This document shows positions 1-9,194 of a DNA stretch of 64,000 nucleotides, piece after piece. The stretch lies in the NCBI GenBank assembly GCA_024274875.1, contig JAJSAH010000009.1, positions 8,303-72,302 of the forward strand. The letters are read 5' to 3'. The notes below the pieces were generated by a model. That model worked only from the letters and a program-made list of their open reading frames with translations, was not told where the DNA came from and did no database searches. Source of the stretch: an archaeon. GTDB lineage: Archaea; Micrarchaeota; Micrarchaeia; CAILAH01. The position numbers and the translations under genes are program-made. Each line of letters starts with the position of its first letter. Position 1 is the first letter of the stretch.

Positions 1-220
1 TTAGGCGGGGCTGATATGCCGGGCGAGGCTGTATGCGTATGACAGGTCCATGCGTTTAACGTTGATCTCCTGCCTTGCGCGGCGGCTCTTGCAGTGAACC
101 GGGTCAGGCCGGAAGGAGCAGCCCTAAACTGTAAGCGCCGTGCCGCAAGTCAACAGGAATGAGTTGGCGCTTGGAGCAACCTGGTTATGCGCATGCCGTC
201 CAACCCGGCAATTCCGCGCG
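1..220 (+). ncRNA. Signal recognition particle RNA (7S SRP RNA), 5' end truncated by the window edge
   Basis: Positions 98-124 read ACCGGGUCAGGCCGGAAGGAGCAGCCC, which is the conserved SRP helix-8 signature (GGUCAGG..GGAA..GCAGCC). Segment 27-46 (GGCUGUAUGCGUAUGACAGG) pairs, with G-U pairs and one bulge, with 180-198 (CCUGGUUAUGCGCAUGCCG) as a long helix 5. The 3' end is approximate. Confidence 0.8.
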
Positions 221-225
221 AAAAA

Positions 226-306
226 GCTGGGGTCGCCTAGTGGTATGGCGCAAGCCTGCTAAGCTTGTGTGCATTGCACGCGTGGGTTCGAATCCCACCC
301 CCAGCG
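226..306 (+). tRNA. tRNA-Ser (anticodon GCU), class II with a long variable arm
   Basis: Acceptor stem is GCUGGGG/CCCCAGC. Anticodon arm is CAAGC-CUGCUAA-GCUUG, giving anticodon GCU. The variable arm is a hairpin, GUGC-AUU-GCAC. T arm is GUGGG-UUCGAAU-CCCAC. Total length is 81 nt. Confidence 0.9.
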
Positions 307-379
307 TGCTAATGGTTTTTAAACGAATTCTGCAAACTTAAATAAATCACAACCCTAAAAATAATGAGAGGTGTTTAGC

Positions 380-760
380 ATGATGAAGCAATTGACCATC
401 ATAGTAGAGAATAAAGCTGGGGCGCTCGCGGATGTGACTGAGGCGCTCGGCAGAGGCGGAGTTAATATTATATCGATATCTGCGCAAGGGTTTGAGAACA
501 CAGGAATAATAAGAGTCCTTACCACAGATGTTAATACTGCGCTTAATGAGCTCAGCAAAGCAGGATACAATGCAATAATAAACGATATAATCGTGCTCAA
601 GATGATCGATAGGCCTGGTGAATTGTACAAGGTTGCAAAAAAATTGTCTCGTGAAGGGATTAATCTAAGATCTGTGTACATAATTGGAAAAGAAAATGGA
701 AAGACCGTTGTTGCAATCGATCCAGAAGATTATGAAAAAGCACTTAAGATTATTTCCTAA
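380..760 (+). CDS. ACT-domain protein (tandem small-ligand-binding ACT-like folds)
   Basis: Two repeats of the ACT pattern are present: LTIIVENKAGALADVTEALGRGGVNIISI and VLKMIDRPGELYKVAKKLSREGINLRSV. I chose the ATG at 380 because GAGGTG lies about 8 nt upstream. The ORF track starts at a GTG at 371. Confidence 0.7.
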   Translation: MMKQLTIIVENKAGALADVTEALGRGGVNIISISAQGFENTGIIRVLTTDVNTALNELSKAGYNAIINDIIVLKMIDRPGELYKVAKKLSREGINLRSVYIIGKENGKTVVAIDPEDYEKALKIIS

Positions 761-1130
761 TTATTATATTTCCTTTTGAATTGAGCACTGCGAACTCACC
801 TGTGCTTGCAGGCGCAGTTGAATAATACTTTTCCGGAACTATGCAAATATATGGGTTATACGGATCGCCTATATGCACCTCTCTTGCATCTCCGTTGCTG
901 AAGTTCAACTGCTCATTTGAGTAGAAAACATACTCTGCGCCTTCGCCGCTCATCTTTGCATCAGTTATGGTCTTTGATAAAGATTCGCATAATCTCTCCT
1001 TCATAAGCAGTGAAATCTGATGAGTATAAAGAGCATTTTGAGCATGAATGATCGCTATAAGAAACGCAAACAAAAGAGATAATGCTGAAAGCGCAAGCAT
1101 AAAATCGAATGTAATCTGAGCGCGCATCAT
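750..1130 (-). CDS. Type IV pilin-like protein (class III signal peptide)
   Basis: The N-terminus MMRAQ-ITFDFMLALSALSLLFAFLIAII has a short charged leader, then Gln at +1 and a hydrophobic helix. The start overlaps the upstream gene stop by 4 nt (ATGA). Confidence 0.6.
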   Translation of the reverse strand: MMRAQITFDFMLALSALSLLFAFLIAIIHAQNALYTHQISLLMKERLCESLSKTITDAKMSGEGAEYVFYSNEQLNFSNGDAREVHIGDPYNPYICIVPEKYYSTAPASTGEFAVLNSKGNIIIRK

Positions 1131-1846
1131 GACACCCTAATATTAAGAATAATTGTCTCATTTTCTCCGCTGTTGCTCATGAGATGCATGAATGCTTTAA
1201 TGTCCGCGCTGGAATCAGAATAAACTGAGACATCAAGCTCTTTGTATTCCCCTCCTTCTATCACTGCTGAAGTCCAACTTGGGTCAATATTAACATTTGA
1301 AGGATTATCTATTGAAACCTTAATCACCGACTCACTATATCCCGGATTACGAACCTTTATCGTCTTTGAAGAGGTTTTGCCTTTTTCTGCATTCAGATAT
1401 ACAATTACTGCATCAGTTGTTATCGAAGGATCGTATGTTAAGTAAACATACCCATTGTGCGAGACAGCATATACTTCATAATCACCAGGTTCGAAACTTA
1501 TGTTGCCTCTCACAGGAACATCAAACGGTTGCGGGATGTCTTTTATGCCATATTTATGTTCGAGCCGAAGGTTTATCAGATTATCAGCGAGGTATGATTG
1601 TTCAGGAACTACTGTACTAGGTATATGCAAATTCGTTTTTTGCATAGAACCTGCTCCGCTCTCATACGCATTTTTGGCATTGCGCGCAAGCATGCGCAGG
1701 CTGTTCTCAGACATTTTTGCGCTTAATGAGATTTGCATGTCCTCAAATGCGCTTTGCGATGTTGCAAGAATTATGCCAAGCACAAGAAGAGATACCGAAA
1801 GTATTGAAATAAGCTCTATCGATGCCTGCGCTCTTGCATATGCCAT
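1127..1846 (-). CDS. Type IV pilin-like protein (class III signal peptide)
   Basis: The N-terminus MAYARAQ-ASIELISILSVSLLVLGIILA has Q at +1 and E at +5, as in prepilins. The remainder is beta-rich and extracellular-looking. Confidence 0.65.
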   Translation of the reverse strand: MAYARAQASIELISILSVSLLVLGIILATSQSAFEDMQISLSAKMSENSLRMLARNAKNAYESGAGSMQKTNLHIPSTVVPEQSYLADNLINLRLEHKYGIKDIPQPFDVPVRGNISFEPGDYEVYAVSHNGYVYLTYDPSITTDAVIVYLNAEKGKTSSKTIKVRNPGYSESVIKVSIDNPSNVNIDPSWTSAVIEGGEYKELDVSVYSDSSADIKAFMHLMSNSGENETIILNIRVS

Positions 1847-1897
1847 AGTAAATGATTGAAGAGAAATAATAAAAACAATTGGCTGCCTAATTAGGAT

Positions 1898-2461
1898 ATG
1901 TTATTGAGCAATGCTGATATTGAGAGATACATACAGCAAGGGGATATTAAGATTGATCCGTTTGTTCCAGAAAATGTTGGTCCTGACAGCATAGATATAC
2001 GGCTTAGTGATAAACTGCTCATCGCGAAGAAAGTAGATAAAGTAATAGATCCTCAGAAAGGCATAGATATGGAATTTGATGAGCATTCCCTCATAGATGG
2101 GCCGTATGCAATCAGGCCAGGAGATTTCATCCTTGGAAGCACATATGAAAAAATAGGGTTGTCAAATATCATTACTGCGCAGCTTGAAGGGAGATCTTCA
2201 ATAGGGAGGCTTGGGATAGTCATACATATGACTGCAGGGTTAATACATGCGGGATGGGGGAACAAAACGCCTTCAACGCTTACTCTTGAAATTTCATCAG
2301 TTAATCCAAACCCTGTGTACCTATATAATGGCATGAAGATTGCGCAATTGTCATTCTTCAAACTCATGGGTCCGGCAAAAAAAGGCTATGATGACCAATC
2401 AAAAAGCAAGTACTCGGAACAGCAGGGACCGCTTCCATCGAGGTTGCATCACGAATTTTAA
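1898..2461 (+). CDS. dcd: dCTP deaminase (dUTPase-fold, Dcd family)
   Basis: The N-terminus MLLSNADIERYI..IKIDPF..VGPDSIDIRL and the motif EGRSSIGRLGIVIH..AGLIHAGW are typical of Dcd. Confidence 0.85.
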   Translation: MLLSNADIERYIQQGDIKIDPFVPENVGPDSIDIRLSDKLLIAKKVDKVIDPQKGIDMEFDEHSLIDGPYAIRPGDFILGSTYEKIGLSNIITAQLEGRSSIGRLGIVIHMTAGLIHAGWGNKTPSTLTLEISSVNPNPVYLYNGMKIAQLSFFKLMGPAKKGYDDQSKSKYSEQQGPLPSRLHHEF

Positions 2462-2623
2462 TCATTCCAGTTTTTCAAATGCTGATTTCGGTGCGCCGCA
2501 CTGCGGGCATTTCCAATCTTCGGGTATGTCTTCAAATTTTGTTCTGGGATCAATCATTGAATCTGGATCTCCCATCTCTTCATCATACATATATCCGCAA
2601 ACCGTGCATCTATACTGCGCCAT
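2462..2623 (-). CDS. rub: Rubredoxin (53 aa, below the ORF-track length cutoff)
   Basis: My reverse-strand translation is [53 protein letters not shown]. It has the two rubredoxin knuckles CxxCGY and CPxCGAPK plus the conserved F-E-D-I-P-xxW. Confidence 0.9.
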   Translation of the reverse strand: MAQYRCTVCGYMYDEEMGDPDSMIDPRTKFEDIPEDWKCPQCGAPKSAFEKLE

Positions 2624-2697
2624 AATCAGTATTTTATCAAAATATATATAAACATATGCGCGAAAAATATTTAAATATAAGTGAATACTTATATGTT

Positions 2698-2961
2698 ATG
2701 GACGTGCATGCGCTGTTCAAAGTGCTTGGGGATAAAAAAAGGCTAGAGATCGTTAATGCATTGTTGAGCAAGAAAATGTGCGTAAGCAAAATAAATAGGT
2801 GCGTTGGGACTACGCAGCCGAACATTTCACAGCATCTTAAAGCGCTGAGAAATGCCGGGATAGTTAAGCTGGAGCGCAGAGGAAAAGAGTGCTGTTATTA
2901 CATTGCCAAAAGCAGAGAGCTCAAAAAATTAGTGCATTATGCTAAGAAGGTGGTTGGATGA
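2698..2961 (+). CDS. ArsR/SmtB-family winged-helix transcriptional regulator
   Basis: LFKVLGDKKRLEIVNALL...CVSKINRCVGTTQPNISQHLKALRNAGIV is the canonical ArsR HTH. I prefer the ATG at 2698 because TTTAAATA lies about 20 nt upstream. The ORF track starts at 2656. Confidence 0.8.
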   Translation: MDVHALFKVLGDKKRLEIVNALLSKKMCVSKINRCVGTTQPNISQHLKALRNAGIVKLERRGKECCYYIAKSRELKKLVHYAKKVVG

Positions 2962-3281
2962 AGATAGAAATAGATGAAGAGGATGAGCTTGAAGAGATTA
3001 GGAGGAGAAAGATTGAGGGGATGCTAAGCAAAAGCAAGGAAAAGAAAGCATCTGTGATTATATATAGAACTCCTACCTGTCCGTATTGCCATATGGTTGC
3101 AGAATACCTAAAATCAAAAGGCATCTCATTTGTTGAAATTGATGTCAACAGAGATCCTGCGGCTGCAAAGGAGATGGTTATGAAAAGCGGGCAGATGGGA
3201 GTGCCAGTAATAGACATAAATGGGCAGATAATTGTTGGGTTTAATAGGCCTGCGATTGATATGGCAATAGCAAACAGTTAG
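2958..3281 (+). CDS. Glutaredoxin-like protein (CPYC active site) with an acidic N-terminal extension
   Basis: VIIYRTPTCPYCHMVAEYLKSKGISFVEIDV....GQMGVPVIDINGQIIVGF is a Grx/NrdH-type fold. The start overlaps the ArsR stop (ATGA). Confidence 0.8.
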   Translation: MKIEIDEEDELEEIRRRKIEGMLSKSKEKKASVIIYRTPTCPYCHMVAEYLKSKGISFVEIDVNRDPAAAKEMVMKSGQMGVPVIDINGQIIVGFNRPAIDMAIANS

Positions 3282-3775
3282 TATGGCTTTCCATTCATTT
3301 TTTTCCATTTAAGGAACAGATTATAGCACTCATCCTTCATAAAACCTTTTACAATTTTCATGCCCAAACGTCCACATCGATTAAGATGTTCATTGCCAAT
3401 TCTCATTTCATTAAACCCGAATTTTGCAGCATCCGAGATGCTTGTTCCGTAAACTATTTTGCGCATTCTTGCCCAATGAATGGCTGAAAAACACATAGGG
3501 CACGGCTCTGTTGTAGAGTATATTGCGCATTCAGTTAAATCAATCGTACTAAGCTTTTTGCATGCCTTTTTAATTGCATTAATCTCCGCGTGCGCGGTCG
3601 GGTTCATATCTTTCCAAACAGTGTTGTGCGCAACAGCGATTATCTTGTTATTTTTATCAACAATTGCTGCTCCAAAAGGCCCGCCATGCTTCCTGCGAAT
3701 GCCCTGCAATGCGCTGCGGATGGCCATTTCCATGCTTTTCACAGAGAAGTTATTAATTCCGGTGTTATGTACCAC
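3278..3775 (-). CDS. CMP/dCMP-type zinc deaminase (guanine deaminase-like)
   Basis: GGPFGAAIV...HAEINAI...PCPMCFSAI matches the H(A)E and PCxxC zinc motifs, with a GuaD-like N-terminus. An internal ATG at 3733 would remove the overlap with the upstream gene. Confidence 0.75.
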   Translation of the reverse strand: MVHNTGINNFSVKSMEMAIRSALQGIRRKHGGPFGAAIVDKNNKIIAVAHNTVWKDMNPTAHAEINAIKKACKKLSTIDLTECAIYSTTEPCPMCFSAIHWARMRKIVYGTSISDAAKFGFNEMRIGNEHLNRCGRLGMKIVKGFMKDECYNLFLKWKKMNGKPY

Positions 3776-4182
3776 TTAATCACCCAATTTTTTTCAGATT
3801 CCTCAAGGCACAGCACGCCACTGTATGTAAAACGCACTGACTTTGCCCCTATCATAGCATGTGCTGCATTGCTCAGATGCGGAAGATGGCCAACCACCAT
3901 TAATCCATCTTCAAGCATGCCTAATAGTTTTTGCGGATCATCCATCGGAGCTATCCCGTCTGTCTGCTCAACTGCTTGCACGTCAAGATGCTTCGAGAAT
4001 ATAACTGCAGTTTGCTTCGCGCGAAGCTTACCCGAATGAATTATTTTTGATGGAATTATTCCCGCCCGTTTTAAAAACCTTGCTATTTTGCTGGAATCAT
4101 TTTCCCCCTGCTTAGTTAATGGCTTTGCCGGATCCTCCTGTTCGGAAGTGCACCTGCCATGCTGCGCAAGATATATTTTCAT
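3739..4182 (-). CDS. Histidine-phosphatase superfamily protein (SixA-like)
   Basis: MKIYLAQHGRC....PLTKQG....SKIIHSGKLRAKQTA....VVGHLPHL resembles SixA. The usual RHG motif reads QHG here. Confidence 0.6.
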   Translation of the reverse strand: MKIYLAQHGRCTSEQEDPAKPLTKQGENDSSKIARFLKRAGIIPSKIIHSGKLRAKQTAVIFSKHLDVQAVEQTDGIAPMDDPQKLLGMLEDGLMVVGHLPHLSNAAHAMIGAKSVRFTYSGVLCLEESEKNWVIKWYITPELITSL

Positions 4183-4212
4183 GGTTAAAAATTATCTGAA
4201 ATAAATATAAAC

Positions 4213-5067
4213 ATGGCCAAACCGCCTTGGCTTAAGATTAAACTGCCTAACCAAACATGCAATCAGACCAAACAACTCATTCAAAAACTGGGTGTTGCAA
4301 CAGTATGCAGAGAAGCAAAATGCCCTAACGCAAATGAATGCTGGGGAAATAAGACGGCAACATTTATGATTCTGGGAAAAATCTGCACAAGAGGATGCAG
4401 ATTTTGCAATGTTAAAACCGGGAGGAAAGGCGAGGAACTCGATTGGGGCGAAATTGGAAGGATAGCGAATGCAGTAAGAAAACTAAAATTGAAATATGCT
4501 GTTATAACTAGTGTAGATAGAGATGATTTGCACGATTTAGGTTCAAAATATTTCGCTGAATGCATACGACGGATAAAAAAATTAGGCGTGCTTGTTGAAG
4601 TGCTAACCCCGGATTTTCAAGGAAAGGTAGAGTGCATGCAGCGTGTTGCGGAGGAAATGCCGCATGTTTTCGGCCATAATATAGAAACCGTTGAGAGGCT
4701 CACTACATGCGTAAGAGATGCGCGCGCAAGCTATGAGCAATCACTCGGTGTGCTAAGATATGTTTCTGAGAATTATGGAGAACGAATCATAGTTAAGTCA
4801 GGCTTGATGGTGGGGTTTGGCGAAACAAAAGATGAAATTATTGAAACTCTTAAAGATTTGCGTGATGCAGGAGTTAGAGCAATCTCTATTGGTCAATACC
4901 TGCAACCAACAAAAAATCATATTCAAGTAAAAGAGTATATTACTCCTAAAAAATTTGATGAATACGGGCGCATTGCAAAACAGATTGGGTATGAATTCGT
5001 GGCTTCGGGGCCTTTCGTAAGAAGCTCATACAGAGCATGGGAGATGGTTAAAAATAATAAATGTTGA
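4213..5067 (+). CDS. lipA: Lipoyl synthase (radical SAM)
   Basis: The auxiliary cluster motif is CREAKCPNANEC and the radical-SAM motif is CTRGCRFCNV. The C-terminus RSSYRA is typical of LipA. Confidence 0.9.
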   Translation: MAKPPWLKIKLPNQTCNQTKQLIQKLGVATVCREAKCPNANECWGNKTATFMILGKICTRGCRFCNVKTGRKGEELDWGEIGRIANAVRKLKLKYAVITSVDRDDLHDLGSKYFAECIRRIKKLGVLVEVLTPDFQGKVECMQRVAEEMPHVFGHNIETVERLTTCVRDARASYEQSLGVLRYVSENYGERIIVKSGLMVGFGETKDEIIETLKDLRDAGVRAISIGQYLQPTKNHIQVKEYITPKKFDEYGRIAKQIGYEFVASGPFVRSSYRAWEMVKNNKC

Positions 5068-5267
5068 TGCAGATTTTTGATTGTATGATAACGCATGCCC
5101 GCATCAGCATCAGATTGCCTAAGAATACGCTGCCGAGCAGAATGTTGGATGAAGTATCGGCGCGCATAAAAAAGAAAGTTAAGGGAGATGTGGTTAGGTT
5201 CGCAATCATAGATGCAAAGAAAAATCTTATTGTTATAGATGCAAGCGTATGGAAAAGAAAAAGGTGA
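5061..5267 (+). CDS. Hypothetical small protein (possible ribbon-helix-helix)
   Basis: The ORF fills the lipA-to-downstream gap. RISIRLPKNTL..MLDEVS weakly resembles an RHH N-terminus. No firm motif is present. Confidence 0.3.
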   Translation: MLMQIFDCMITHARISIRLPKNTLPSRMLDEVSARIKKKVKGDVVRFAIIDAKKNLIVIDASVWKRKR

Positions 5268-5271
5268 ATTA

Positions 5272-6342
5272 ATGGCTAACAAATTTATTGTTGCGCACAT
5301 TGTGCCAACCGGCGTCAAAGCAAGCATAGGAGGATATGTGGGGGATGCAACGCCGGCAACCAATATGATTGCATCGATTGCTGATAAAGTAATCTCTCAC
5401 CCTAATGTGATCAATGGAGTTGCGCTGAATGTTGCGCTGAGCAATGTAATGTATGTTGAGGGATACAGTTTAGATGCATTCTTTAAAGGGGAGGTGCGCC
5501 TGCAAGAAGTTGAGAGCAATAAGATAGGAGTGATCATTGATTCCGGAATGGATGAGGAGAGTTATGAGTTAGCAATGAATACAATTAACGCAATGCGCGC
5601 AGTTGCGGGCGTTAAGATTGCTGGAATTTTCAGAACTGATAAGAATGTTGATGCGCGCGCCATAAAACTGCGCAACGGTTCTTTCATAGGTGAAATAAGC
5701 AATGAGAATGTTTTGCTGAAAGCATGCAAAAAAGCGATTAAAAATGATGCGGATGCATTGGCCCTTTCAATGTCTATAAAGATAGATATGAAAGACTTAA
5801 AGAGGTATTTTATGGGCAAAGGCGCAAACCCTTACGGGGGGACTGAAGCAATCATATCTCACATAGTTTCAAAGCGATTTTCAGTTCCATGCGCGCATGC
5901 GCCTTTATTGAGCAAGTTTGAGATATATGAAGAAACACATTCAGGCATCGTTGACCCTAGAGCTGCTGCAGAGGCCATAGGTCCTGCATATCTGGGCTGC
6001 GTTCTGCAGGGATTGAGCAAAGCTCCAAGGATTATTAGAGCAAAAAAAAGCACTGCGCAAGGGGGAGGAGATGTTTATGGCGTTAAGGATGTTGATGCAA
6101 TCGTGCTTCCATACTCGTGCATGGGGAATGTTCCTGTGCTTGCTGCGCAAAAATACTCAATTCCAATCATTGCAGTGAAGGAGAACAAAACTGTTATGAA
6201 AATGAGTCCCAGCAAACTTAATTTAAAAAATGTGTATGTAGCTGAAAATTATTGGGAAGTAGGAGGGATTCTCGCTTGCATGAAAGAGGGAATCGATCCA
6301 CTGAAACTGAGGAGGCCTCTGCGCAGATTAAATGTTAAATAA
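5272..6342 (+). CDS. Conserved hypothetical protein, DUF3326-like (assigned from memory)
   Basis: The N-terminal motif IVPTGVKASIGGYVGDATPA resembles the PTGIGAxIGGxAGDA signature I associate with DUF3326. The ATG at 5272 is preceded by AAAGGTGA. Confidence 0.5.
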   Translation: MANKFIVAHIVPTGVKASIGGYVGDATPATNMIASIADKVISHPNVINGVALNVALSNVMYVEGYSLDAFFKGEVRLQEVESNKIGVIIDSGMDEESYELAMNTINAMRAVAGVKIAGIFRTDKNVDARAIKLRNGSFIGEISNENVLLKACKKAIKNDADALALSMSIKIDMKDLKRYFMGKGANPYGGTEAIISHIVSKRFSVPCAHAPLLSKFEIYEETHSGIVDPRAAAEAIGPAYLGCVLQGLSKAPRIIRAKKSTAQGGGDVYGVKDVDAIVLPYSCMGNVPVLAAQKYSIPIIAVKENKTVMKMSPSKLNLKNVYVAENYWEVGGILACMKEGIDPLKLRRPLRRLNVK

Positions 6343-6362
6343 TTTAATGCTGAGTTTGGGTT

Positions 6363-7442
6363 ATGGCAATAAAGGCTGTTTTTAAAGGAAGCGTTGATTA
6401 TGTGCAAATTCTTAATGAGAGGGGCGTTGCCGATAAAAAGTTGGAGAGTAAAATCAAGCTGAAAAAAAGCGAACTTGAGTTTTTGTACAAATCCCTTGTG
6501 CTGACAAGAGTGTTTGATGACAAAGCAGTTAAGCTGCAGCGGCAGGGGAGATTGCTTACATATGCGCCATGTTTGGGTGAGGAGGCGATTTCAGTTGGCT
6601 CTGCATATGCGCTGAAAAAAGGTGATTGGGTTGTTCCATCCTACAGAGAGCAGGGCATGTATGTTGTTAGAGGCCTGCCGCTTAAGTATGTGTTAATGTA
6701 TTTTATGGGGCTTGAAGAAGGGAATAATACCCCTGAGGAATTTAACATAACGCCTTTTTCAATACCTGTTGCAACGCATTTCCCGCATGCTGCAGGCATA
6801 GGAATGGCAATGAATTACCTAAAGAAAAAGAATGTTGTTATGGCATACACTGGAGACGGTGGAACTTCAGAGGGGGATTTTTATGAAGCGCTCAACTTTG
6901 CTGGAGTGTTCAACGCGCCGGTTGTGTTCGTAGTGCGCAACAACCAATGGGCAATTTCTGTTCCAAGAAAGAAGCAAACTAAAGCTGAAACGCTTGCGCA
7001 GAAAGGAATTGCAGCTGGAATAAATTATGCACAGGTTGATGGCAATGATGTGCTGGCAGTGTATTATGTATGCAAAAACGCGGCGGATCGAGCAAGAAAA
7101 GGAGGCGGCCCTACATTGATTGAGGCAGTTTCTTATAGGATGAGCTTGCATACGACTGCAGATGATCCAACAAGATATCGCACTCAGAAGGAAGTTGATG
7201 CGTGGAAACAAAAAGACCCTATATCAAGGTTCAGGCAATACTTAAAAAAGAAGAAAATATGGAATGAAAGATTTGAAAAACGCGTTCAGCAATGGGCTGA
7301 GGATGAAGTTGATGAAGCAGTAAGGCTGGCTGAATCATGCAAAACCAACTACAAAAATATGTTTAAGCATGTGTATAAAGAGATGCCTGAGGAATTGAGA
7401 GAGCAGATGGGTTATCTGGCATCATTTGTTGAAGGGGAGTGA
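6363..7442 (+). CDS. 2-oxoacid dehydrogenase E1 component, alpha subunit (TPP-binding)
   Basis: YREQG, the TPP motif GDGGTSEGDFYEALNFA...VVFVVRNNQWAIS, and YRMSLHTTADD are present. Confidence 0.9.
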   Translation: MAIKAVFKGSVDYVQILNERGVADKKLESKIKLKKSELEFLYKSLVLTRVFDDKAVKLQRQGRLLTYAPCLGEEAISVGSAYALKKGDWVVPSYREQGMYVVRGLPLKYVLMYFMGLEEGNNTPEEFNITPFSIPVATHFPHAAGIGMAMNYLKKKNVVMAYTGDGGTSEGDFYEALNFAGVFNAPVVFVVRNNQWAISVPRKKQTKAETLAQKGIAAGINYAQVDGNDVLAVYYVCKNAADRARKGGGPTLIEAVSYRMSLHTTADDPTRYRTQKEVDAWKQKDPISRFRQYLKKKKIWNERFEKRVQQWAEDEVDEAVRLAESCKTNYKNMFKHVYKEMPEELREQMGYLASFVEGE

Positions 7443-7446
7443 GAGA

Positions 7447-8427
7447 ATGGCGGAAGTTAATATGGTTCAAGCAATAAACATGGCTCTTGCGCAGGAACTC
7501 AGCAGAGATGAGAGAGTAGTTGTTTTTGGCGAGGATGTTGGCAAGAATGGAGGCGTGTTCAGAGTTACAGATGGACTGCAAGCAAAGTTTGGTGAAAAGA
7601 GAGTTTTTGATACGCCGCTTGCGGAATCTGGAATAATGGGCGTTGCAGTTGGGATGGCGTATGCTGGATTGCGGCCAGTTCCTGAAATACAATTTGATGG
7701 GTTTACATGGTTGGCATACAACCAAATAAATGCGCACATGGCAAGAGTGCGCAACCGAACGCGAGGGAAATTTGAGATGCCCATAGTGCTGAGGTTTCCT
7801 TATGGAGGTGGCATACGCGCGCTTGAACTACATGCTGAACCTGTTGAAGGCATGTATGCAAACATACCTGGGCTAACAATAGTTATCCCATCAGGACCAT
7901 ACGAAGCTAAAGGATTGCTTGCATCAAGCATTGAAAGCGATGACCCTGTGTTGTTTATGGAACACAAAAGATTGTACAGGGCATTCAAAGAGGAGGTGCC
8001 TGAAGAGAGGTATAAAATTCCCCTAAGAAAATGCAGGATTGCCAAAGAAGGGAATGATATAACAATAGTTGCTTGGGGAGCGATGGTGAGAGTTGCTGAG
8101 AATGCCGCAAAAGAGATTGAAAGGGAAGATGGAACTGATTGCGAAATCATAGATGCAAGGACCATCAAGCCGCTCGATGATGAAACTATTGTGAATTCGG
8201 TCAAGAAGACTGGCAGAGTTGTTGTTGTCCAGGAAGCGATGCAGAGCTTCAGCGCGAGTTCGGAAATCATCGCGCGCATATCAGAGAAGGCAATGTTCAA
8301 CCTTGAAGCGCCAGTAAAGCGCGTTGCAGGGTTTGATGTGCCTGTTCCTCTGCCAAAACTGGAAGAATATTTTCTGCCTAACGAGCGAAGAGTGAAGCAT
8401 GCAATTAAAGAGGTTATGAGATATTGA
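7447..8427 (+). CDS. 2-oxoacid dehydrogenase E1 component, beta subunit
   Basis: VVVFGEDVGKNGGVFRVT..L...FGEKRVFDTPLAESGI.G.AVGMA and FMEHKRLY are present, with a C-terminal transketolase-like domain. The ATG at 7447 follows GGGGAGTGAGAG. Confidence 0.9.
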   Translation: MAEVNMVQAINMALAQELSRDERVVVFGEDVGKNGGVFRVTDGLQAKFGEKRVFDTPLAESGIMGVAVGMAYAGLRPVPEIQFDGFTWLAYNQINAHMARVRNRTRGKFEMPIVLRFPYGGGIRALELHAEPVEGMYANIPGLTIVIPSGPYEAKGLLASSIESDDPVLFMEHKRLYRAFKEEVPEERYKIPLRKCRIAKEGNDITIVAWGAMVRVAENAAKEIEREDGTDCEIIDARTIKPLDDETIVNSVKKTGRVVVVQEAMQSFSASSEIIARISEKAMFNLEAPVKRVAGFDVPVPLPKLEEYFLPNERRVKHAIKEVMRY

Positions 8428-9144
8428 TTATCTTTCTTTCCTTCTCAGCACTGCCTCTTTAAGCATGATTGAGTTGGGTATGCTAACTATGCTCTTATCA
8501 TCAAGTTGAATTCTCGTGCTCCTCAGGCTTATTTCAACAACTTTGCCTTCATAACCTTTAACCTTAATCTTATCGCCAATCAAAAATGTTTTATCTACTA
8601 TTAAAAGCATGCCTCCAAAAAAGCTTTCGATAATTGATTGAGATGCAAGCGAGAATCCCAATCCTGCTACGCCAAGCGCAGCTACTATCACAGAAACATC
8701 GTATCCAAGTTTAGAGAGGATTAACGCAATCGCGACTACTGATAAAAGTATGTACACTGCATTGCGCAGTATGGGCAGAAGCATGTCATCAACTTCTGTT
8801 TCAGTTTTTCTCGCAAGCTCTTCAAGAACCGAATATACTATGCCATCAAATACCCTTACAGAAAGATATGCAAGCAAAATAATCATGAAGATTGGCATGT
8901 ATGTGTCTGCAAGCGCGCGCCATTCCGCAAGCGCAGGCGATAGGTAAAATACTGCATAAACTCCTAAAAGCAAAAAAAGCAAATAGTATTTCAATTTTAT
9001 CCTTCTTATTGTCTTATCTGCGCCCTTGCTTTTTATAACGCGCGTAAGAGACATCCTTATCAATCCAAGGCTTGCTATCCCTATCAGTACGGACAAAAGC
9101 ACAATAAGAGCCGCTGTTAGCGCATCATGCATAAGAGCATCCAT
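8428..9144 (-). CDS. Small-conductance mechanosensitive channel (MscS family)
   Basis: Several N-terminal TM helices are followed by the MscS beta-domain motif LLIVDKTFLIGDKIKVKGYEGKVVEISLRSTRIQ. Confidence 0.8.
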   Translation of the reverse strand: MDALMHDALTAALIVLLSVLIGIASLGLIRMSLTRVIKSKGADKTIRRIKLKYYLLFLLLGVYAVFYLSPALAEWRALADTYMPIFMIILLAYLSVRVFDGIVYSVLEELARKTETEVDDMLLPILRNAVYILLSVVAIALILSKLGYDVSVIVAALGVAGLGFSLASQSIIESFFGGMLLIVDKTFLIGDKIKVKGYEGKVVEISLRSTRIQLDDKSIVSIPNSIMLKEAVLRRKER

Positions 9145-9194
9145 GCAACTAATTCAATAAGCACATATATAAATTTTATACAAGATAGTGCTTT

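Noticed and set aside
159-341. A 60-aa plus-strand ORF in the ORF track
   Set aside because: It lies entirely over the 3' part of the SRP RNA and the whole tRNA-Ser gene, so it is a translation artefact of structured RNA genes.
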